Below are positions 47,378 to 64,000 of a stretch of 64,000 nucleotides of DNA, in pieces. Both the position numbers and the translations under genes were made by a program. The stretch comes from the human T2T-CHM13v2.0 reference genome, Homo sapiens. A model generated the notes under the pieces. The model saw only the letters and a list, made by a program, of their open reading frames with translations, had not been told where the DNA came from and did not search any database. The DNA is taken from NCBI RefSeq assembly GCF_009914755.1, contig NC_060931.1; one strand, written 5' to 3'. Position 1 is the stretch's first letter; each line of letters opens with the position of its first letter.

Positions 47378-48433
47378 TGATCCCTCACATAGGATATGGT
47401 GCGTGGCGAGCACTCACTAAAGGTGTGCAGAGTACTGCATGAGGAAAAACTTCATCCAGGCCAGGCGCAGTGGCTCATGCCTGTACTCCCAGCACTTTGG
47501 GAGGCCAAAGAGGGAGGACTGCTTGAGCCCAAGAGTTCAAGATTAGCCTGGGCAACATAGCAGAGATCTCGTCTGTACCAAAACAACAACAACAACTAGC
47601 TGGGCATGGTGGCGTGAACCTGTAGTCCCAGCTACTCAGGAGGCTGAGGCAGGAGGATCCCTTGAACCCAGGAAGTCAACGCTGCAGTGAGGTATGATCG
47701 CTCCACTGCACTCCAGCCTGGGTGACAGAGTGCAACCCTGCTCTTAAAAAAATAGAAAGTTCATTTATAAACAGAAGTGAACAGGAATCTGACTCTTGTA
47801 CTTTGGTGGGAGTTTGGGTTATCTTTTACTTGAGGCTGAGGCTATGTCAAAACTAGGGATGTAACAACAAGCACCATGTACCGAGTGCTGCTTCTGTGCC
47901 ACAGGCTCTCCTACATGCTTGCCACACATTCGTCTATTTCATCCTCCCAATAGTCCTACTCCATGTCCAGCAAGGAGTGAAAAGGCTGAGGCGAGCCACA
48001 GGGAGAAGAGGGCCCCAGTGAACAGACGAAATGAGGAAGAAGATCTGGAGAGGTCGCACGAGCCAGAGCGCAAAGGCACAGTGGCTGCGGTGCAGGCTCT
48101 TTAGCAAGGTGCTTTGGGCTGGAGATGGGGTTTTACTGCCTGTTGCGAGATGGAACATGAGACACAATCAACATGCAAATGGGTAGGATGTTTCATCACA
48201 CGGAAGCAAAATGTATTGCCGCTAAAATGAGAAGTAACACCCTAAAAGTTATCAAGACAACAATTTTCAATGCCAAATGTTGTTTCCAGTTCCATAGGAG
48301 ATGGAATAAGCACACCCATTACATTTCTCTTCTAATTACAACTAAAACCCCTGTTCAAAATACATGAAGCAGCTGGGCACAGTGGCTCATGCCTGTAATC
48401 CCAGCACTCTGGGAGGCCAAGGCAGGTGAATCA

Positions 48434-48643
<210 letters not shown>

Positions 48644-48653
48644 CTATCTCAAT

Positions 48654-48690
<37 letters not shown>

Positions 48691-49233
48691 ATACATGAAG
48701 CAACAATCCAATCAATCAAACCAACAAATTCTGGAAAGGTAGAGAAGAGAAGGGCTGACCCAGTGGTGAGTTCCCAGGGTGGTTTGATGGTTTGTTCTTT
48801 GGCCTCCTATATACCCTGTCTTATCTGTTAGAGCGGAGTCTACAACCAGGAAATCCCAGTGCCCCCTTCATCCCCCAACCCCCACAAAAGGAGCCTCATC
48901 TTTCGAGCCAAATGACAGCGAAGAGGGCGGCCCTGCGGGACAGTGCCCTTTTGACTACACACACCCTACTCTAGGAAAACAGCCTGAAAAAAGCTGCACC
49001 TTCCCCTGCCCCAGATACTGTAGACACTGTGGAACGAAGACCTGTTGACCCTCCCCACCTTGGGCCAACACAAGCAGAGGTGGCATCTCTCCCCTCTCCA
49101 CCAAGCACTGGCAAGACTGTGTGGAAGGGCCCTGCTGACCATCCACAACCTGCACAAGACTGAACCACAGTAACAAGGTGGCACCCCATCCTCTCTCAAA
49201 GACAGTGAGGAGCTAGAAGCAAGGATTCTCCAA

Positions 49234-49599
49234 CCCATTTCCCGTTCCCCGTCCCACCCGCCGCAGAATACTCCTCTCTAATCCTAATATAACATCGTGT
49301 ACATTTCTGTTACATTCGGATTAAAGACAAGTTCTGTTTAATAATAACTCCAAGAACAGTTGATATATATTTTTTTTCTTTTAGAACAGGAGTGAAAGTT
49401 TATTAAAAAGCTTTAAAGCAGTAAAGAAAGGAAGGAAGGGAAGGAAAGTACACTTGGAAGAAGGCCAAACCCAGTTTTCATATTTTATTTTCGCATTGAA
49501 AATCAGTCAGATTTACTTCAGCCTCAGAAGTGTGTTTATGTAAAATTAAATGAGCACTAGCAGCAAGCTGCACTTTTTTTTTCCCAAATGGGAAACGGG
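49234..49599 (+). mobile_element. MER75B-like piggyBac MITE with an internal insertion
   Basis: Termini CCCATTTCCCGTT and AATGGGAAACGGG followed by TTAA; internal hairpin at 49275-49327; GAAAATCAGTCAGATTT...GTAAAATTAAATGAGC body. Confidence 0.75.
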
Positions 49600-49649
49600 T
49601 TAAATATGTGTAGGAAGTCCTGGGCTATGCCCTCCAAGTGCCCATGTGT

Positions 49650-56995
<7,346 letters not shown>

Positions 56996-57290
56996 CAAAC
57001 AAACAGCCCACAACAATTCTCTAATGGTGAGGGAGTAAATAAGTGACCGATAATGCTGGAGGAAGAGGAAGTGAATGGGTCCCCAGTATAGGTTAGAATG
57101 AAAAAATCCCTACCAATGTAAATCAAATATAAAATAAACAAAAGAGTTCATGTATGTGTGCGGGAAGGAAAGTGATATTTGGGGGTTGGGAGGTGTCACT
57201 GAGGGTACCGAGTACATATAAACAACTCTTTAGTCACTCCCAAAGGTCTGGGATGAGCATTTTTTAACATTTGATACTCTACTAACTTAC

Positions 57291-57386
57291 CTGGACTATG
57301 TTGACATGGAAATTCACCTCCCGTTATCCACAGCTCCTCTCCCTGCTCCAACTTAATGATGACGTTTGGCTTGGTGATATCATATC
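57291..57386 (-). pseudogene. KRAB-B box pseudo-exon: YDITKPNVIIKLEQGEELWITGGEFPCQHSP
   Basis: KLEQGEE.W motif and GTAAG donor. The in-frame 96-nt acceptor reads AA instead of AG. Confidence 0.85.
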
Positions 57387-57583
57387 TTGTTAATGGGAAA
57401 AGAAGAAGGACTTGGGCAAGTTGCTCGGCTTCAGAATCTCTGAAGTACAAGATGTTGCCACCTCATAAGCTGCATAACAGAAATGCTCCATTTTTTACCT
57501 TATCAAAGATAGAACCTTTCAATGAAGAATAATATAAACACTGCAGCTAGTGCCCACAAGGAATTAAGTGGTGTTGTCACTTA

Positions 57584-57877
<294 letters not shown>

Positions 57878-58066
57878 TTATTTTATGTTACAGATTATGG
57901 AAGGGAAATCATATTGGAAACACATATCCTTTGGGGTCCTTTATATATATACAAAAATAAAAACCCAAAACACCCACCTCGGCCTCCCAAAGTGCTGGGA
58001 TTACAGCAATGAACCACTGCACCCGGCCAAAAAATTTAAAAATTTTAAAAATAAAATAAAAAATAA

Positions 58067-58180
58067 GGCCAGGCACGGTGGCTCATGCCTGTAATCCCAG
58101 CTCTTTGGGAGGCTGAGGCAGGCGGATCACGAGGTCAGGAGTTTGAGACCATCCTGGCTAACACGGTGAAACCCCATCTC
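58067..58180 (+). mobile_element. AluY 5' part only (left monomer); right boundary of the block
   Basis: GGATCACGAGGTC and ACCATCCTGGCTAACACGGTG are AluY diagnostics; the element stops abruptly at GAAACCCCATCTC. Confidence 0.9.
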
Positions 58181-58293
58181 AGTTATGTTATGGAGACTGG
58201 CTTATGCACAAATCTTTCTAATGGTTATATATAAAGCACTTGAAGTCTCTATTATTTTATAATAGGCAATACCTAGATAAATAATGAATTTAA

Positions 58294-60273
<1,980 letters not shown>

Positions 60274-62759
60274 GAATCTTCAAACCTAATGCCTAGAACA
60301 TTTTATCAACATTAAACTTCTATTTAAAGTTTATTCTTAGCTATCTATAAGAAACGTTTACAGGAAGCAGAAAAGATAAGCTCTTTCTAAGTTAAAAGAG
60401 TATATTTGCAAATTGAACTTTCAAAAATTGATAAAGCAGTACACACATTTATTTTTAGAAATTGAAGCTGCAAAGCTAAGCAATTTCCTACTATGACGTG
60501 TGTTGGACAGTGTAGGGCATAGCAATGATTAGTGATTTTCAGCAGCCTTTCTTGAATAGGCATTGAAAATAGCTAAACAAAAAAAGAGAAGTGAGCTGAA
60601 TTCTTGGAGTGAATATTTTGGAGTGAATTATAAAACAGAGTTCTTGCAATAATGCATGTAAATTAAAAATAGGTTAGCAAAGCATGAGTAAAAATAGTCA
60701 ATTTTCAAATACTTTTCACAGCTCTCCGAGTCTGACATATTTCTCTGGCTAAAAGGGAAGAAACATATCGGCCCTCATGTTGGGAAGACCTTAGAACAGC
60801 AAAGTACTAAAACTTGCCAAACCAACTTCAAGTGGCTTTCTTGTTAGTGCAATACACACTGCACTGAGTTCCTGAGCATAATATTTCCACCCTTTCCCAT
60901 GGAGTCTGCTTAAATTTGAAGATTTTTTTCTGGTAGGTGTATTGTCCTTAATTTTGGAGGAAGTTTTAAAAAGGTGGATTAATGTTATATATGCTTCTGA
61001 GAATATTATGCAACCATGAAGCTTTGCACTTCAACATAAATGAATCCCAAAAAGAGCCAGATGAACTGTTGGCTGGGAGGCAGAGCCTTAGGATGTTTCA
61101 AATTCATTGTGACTTCACATAAAGGTACTCTCTGGAGTATGAAAGTCAATTTTACAGGTGTAAAATAAAGGAAAAGAAGACAGTCTGAAAGTCAAATGAA
61201 ATTCCAGGACCACCTGTATTTCAGTGAGGTAAGTGTTATAATAAAGTGTTATGGGTAGATACATAAAAGACAACTAATTTAGAGTAAAAATAAATTGGGG
61301 GACTATTAAGAGACTGTCTTAACGTGGAATGAATTTTACAGAGTCTTTATGGTAACATTTGTAGATTAAAATTAGGTTAGTAAAGCATAAGTAAAAATAG
61401 TTAATTTTCAAATATTTATCACAGAGCTCTCTAGTTTACATTTAATAATATATTCTGTTGCATTGGATTGATATGCACAGGATTATTTTGTCTCCACGTA
61501 GGGGTAGGAAAGAAAACAAATTTGTTTTGCAATAGCCCAGTTTAATAGAGGTGGTACAAACTTTAGGAAGTATTTTAATTTTAGTTAAATTGATCCAGGT
61601 TAATTTGGAGACAGTTATGAAGCACATACAAATTACAAATCATAAAATGGTAATTGTATTTGCAGTTGTAAGAACCCAAAAGATTTAAGCTCCATTAGCT
61701 AAGAATAAAATGCTGATAACCATGAGTCGCAGCCATGGTTTGGATGTACTCAGAAAAGTTAACTACGTAAAAAATGTCACCTTCTTATTCAGCATATTAG
61801 CTCCCTGGGTGTTTTCAAGACATATCTGCTGGCTTTTCTTTTAAAATTACACTTCCCTTAGCTACGCTGTGATATTACAGCTATGGAAGAGTGAGCTGGC
61901 TTCACCCTGCCTCATGCATCATCAGCCGAACTGTCAGTAAAGTGCTAATTGCAGAAACTTTATTACTTGAGGTGATACTGAACCAGAGAGAACACAGCTT
62001 GATTTTTCATAATCTAAACTTTGCAATGTGAGCAATTAGAAAAAAAAAAACTTTCCTTTTTGTTTCAATTTCTAAGCTAAGCAAAATTAAAATGGATGTC
62101 ATTGACAGTAAAATAGAAGCTTAAAAATGTTGTCCTTCTAGGTGACTTTATAACTTAGTATAAAATCCCATTAACCCCTTTTTATAAAAATGCATAATTT
62201 GAAGCTTAACAGCACTTGCAATTCTATGACACATTTGGCTACCTGTAATTGGTGAAAGACAGAACTTTATTTTCTGCTTCTGTCATTTTTGTATTTTTTG
62301 TAGAGGAAATATACTTCAAAGATATGCTTTATATATACTCTCTAAATTTATATATTTCCTGTGGGATCTGAAATATTTAAAGCACCTTTAAACACTATTT
62401 CAGAAAATGGGTTTGCAGGTAGCACAAGAAATTTCCTCTAGAAATATAAAAATAGATGAGGATGGTTTAATGGAAAATTTATTGGAATAGACGCATGGAA
62501 TGTTGGGACCATTTTTAGGGCAAATTCCATGGGGAGTGATTAGAAAAATCAGCAAATATAATTCCATGTGAAATCCTTGGGGAAATTCAGTATACAATAA
62601 AACACATGAGTGGGATATCTAAATCAGACCTAAGGGTCTAAAAAGAAAACAAACCTATGATAGCCTCTTAAGGAGGAGAAATAATTAGGGACAAGATGGT
62701 AGAAAAGGCAAAGAAAGGAAAAATAGTTTTCTCAGTGTAGGAAACAATGTACAACATCC

Positions 62760-63450
62760 TTGGGATTATTTCTCCTTTTTATGGTTGTAATGTAGAAAGA
62801 CTGAAAGTCAATAGGAGTAAATTCTACTGATTAAGTGGGTGGTGTGGATTAGAAGGACACTGGCCTATAAAGTTAACTGTGCAAAATCTTGAAAGGGCTT
62901 GCGAGCCACGCTAGAGAATTTCAAATTGATCAGAAGGGCAATAGGAAATCATATAGGGTTTTGCATAGGAATTTAACATGAGCAGATTTGTATTTTTTAG
63001 GGGTCAGTCTTATTGACATCTGGAGAGTTGCCTGGAGAGAGACAAGGCTGAAAATAGGGAAACCATTAAAAAAGCTATTACAGCAATCCACATAGGCTAT
63101 GATCTAAGGCACAGCTGGGGTGGTAGCAGAAGGAACAGATGAATTTGAAAGATACTTAGGAGATAAAATCAACAGGTAAATGACTAGGTGTGTGAGGCAA
63201 GAGAGACGGGAGATTCAGAAATGGCACTTGGGTTTCCGGTCAGGACAACAGAATGGACGGTAATGTAATTTGCTAGAACACAGGAAAGAGAGTGGGTTTG
63301 GGTAATAAAGGTGATTTCAGCCATGGACCTGTTAAGATTTCCTATGAGATTTACATGAAATTAATGTAAGTTGAATAGTGGATCACGAAATATAAGCCAG
63401 ATGGAAAGGAAGTAAAAAGAGAAAGTTGATGATAGGAGGAAAGGAGAGGG
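62760..63450. mobile_element. Probable L2 fragments in the AT-rich right flank
   Basis: Purine-rich degenerate stretch (AGATTTGTATTTTTAG...GAATTTGAAAGATACTTAGGAG); weak match. Confidence 0.4.
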
Positions 63451-64000
63451 GTCAAGATTTGGAAGTATCCATAAATTACATGGACAAGTGTGGAGGAGTA
63501 ACCACTAGAGGTCCGAGTTGGTAAGAGATTATGCTCAGAAAGTGGGATGTCTGCATTCATGAATTCAGAAGTAGACATGTCCTGGTGAAGACAAGTGCAC
63601 AGGTGGCTGTGGGAGTGGTTGGCTGAAGTGGAGTTAAGGTAAGGGTCCTTGGAAATGAGGCACTAGCAGCTCAACTCAGTGCTGGGGTTTCACTTTCCTG
63701 GAGTTCATGCTGCTATTTCATTTGGAACTCAGATGCTTTTAGGGTACTGAGTATGTTTTCACTAATATCTGTACCTTAATATTTGTGCCCATACACACAG
63801 GGGGTCATGTATAAAATTCTTTGGTGGGTGATTCTGCTGTATCTAATTATCTCATGGAGAAAATGGAACTTACTGAAGAAAAGAATGGCAGCTCTTCTGC
63901 AAATAAATAAGCAGATACACATAAGCTTGTAATACATTACTGTTAAAACCAGAGAAAAGAACCTGCTTTATAATTAATTTAATTAACATATTCACCACTA

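Overview
Primate (human-like) genomic DNA containing the known chimeric gene POMZP3 (POM121-ZP3 fusion, 7q11.23) on the minus strand. Three POM121/POM121C-derived exons (34.2-32.4 kb, CpG-island promoter) splice to copies of ZP3 exons 5-8 (25.2-17.2 kb). All splice sites are GT-AG and the spliced CDS from the MVCSP ATG is 633 nt (210 aa). Two orphan KRAB-A/B pseudo-exons lie about 23 kb upstream. The gene sits in an Alu-saturated block of about 48.7 kb (9527-58180), flanked by AT-rich, L1/MaLR-rich, Alu-poor DNA. The most interesting signal is structural. The block begins with the 3' part of an AluY and ends with the complementary 5' part, sharing AAACCCCATCTC. The right junction carries a direct and an inverted short copy of the left junction, then runs into a TSD-less L1PA2-like stub. 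Inside the block, two pieces of an ERV1-internal sequence appear in swapped order. Together these suggest that the fusion gene was assembled and integrated through circular or template-switching intermediates broken within Alus; this is inference and needs alignment to the ZP3 and POM121 donor loci. Most ORFs in the supplied track are Alu, L1 or MaLR artefacts. Repeat subfamily calls and parental-gene comparisons rest on recalled consensus sequences, not on a search.
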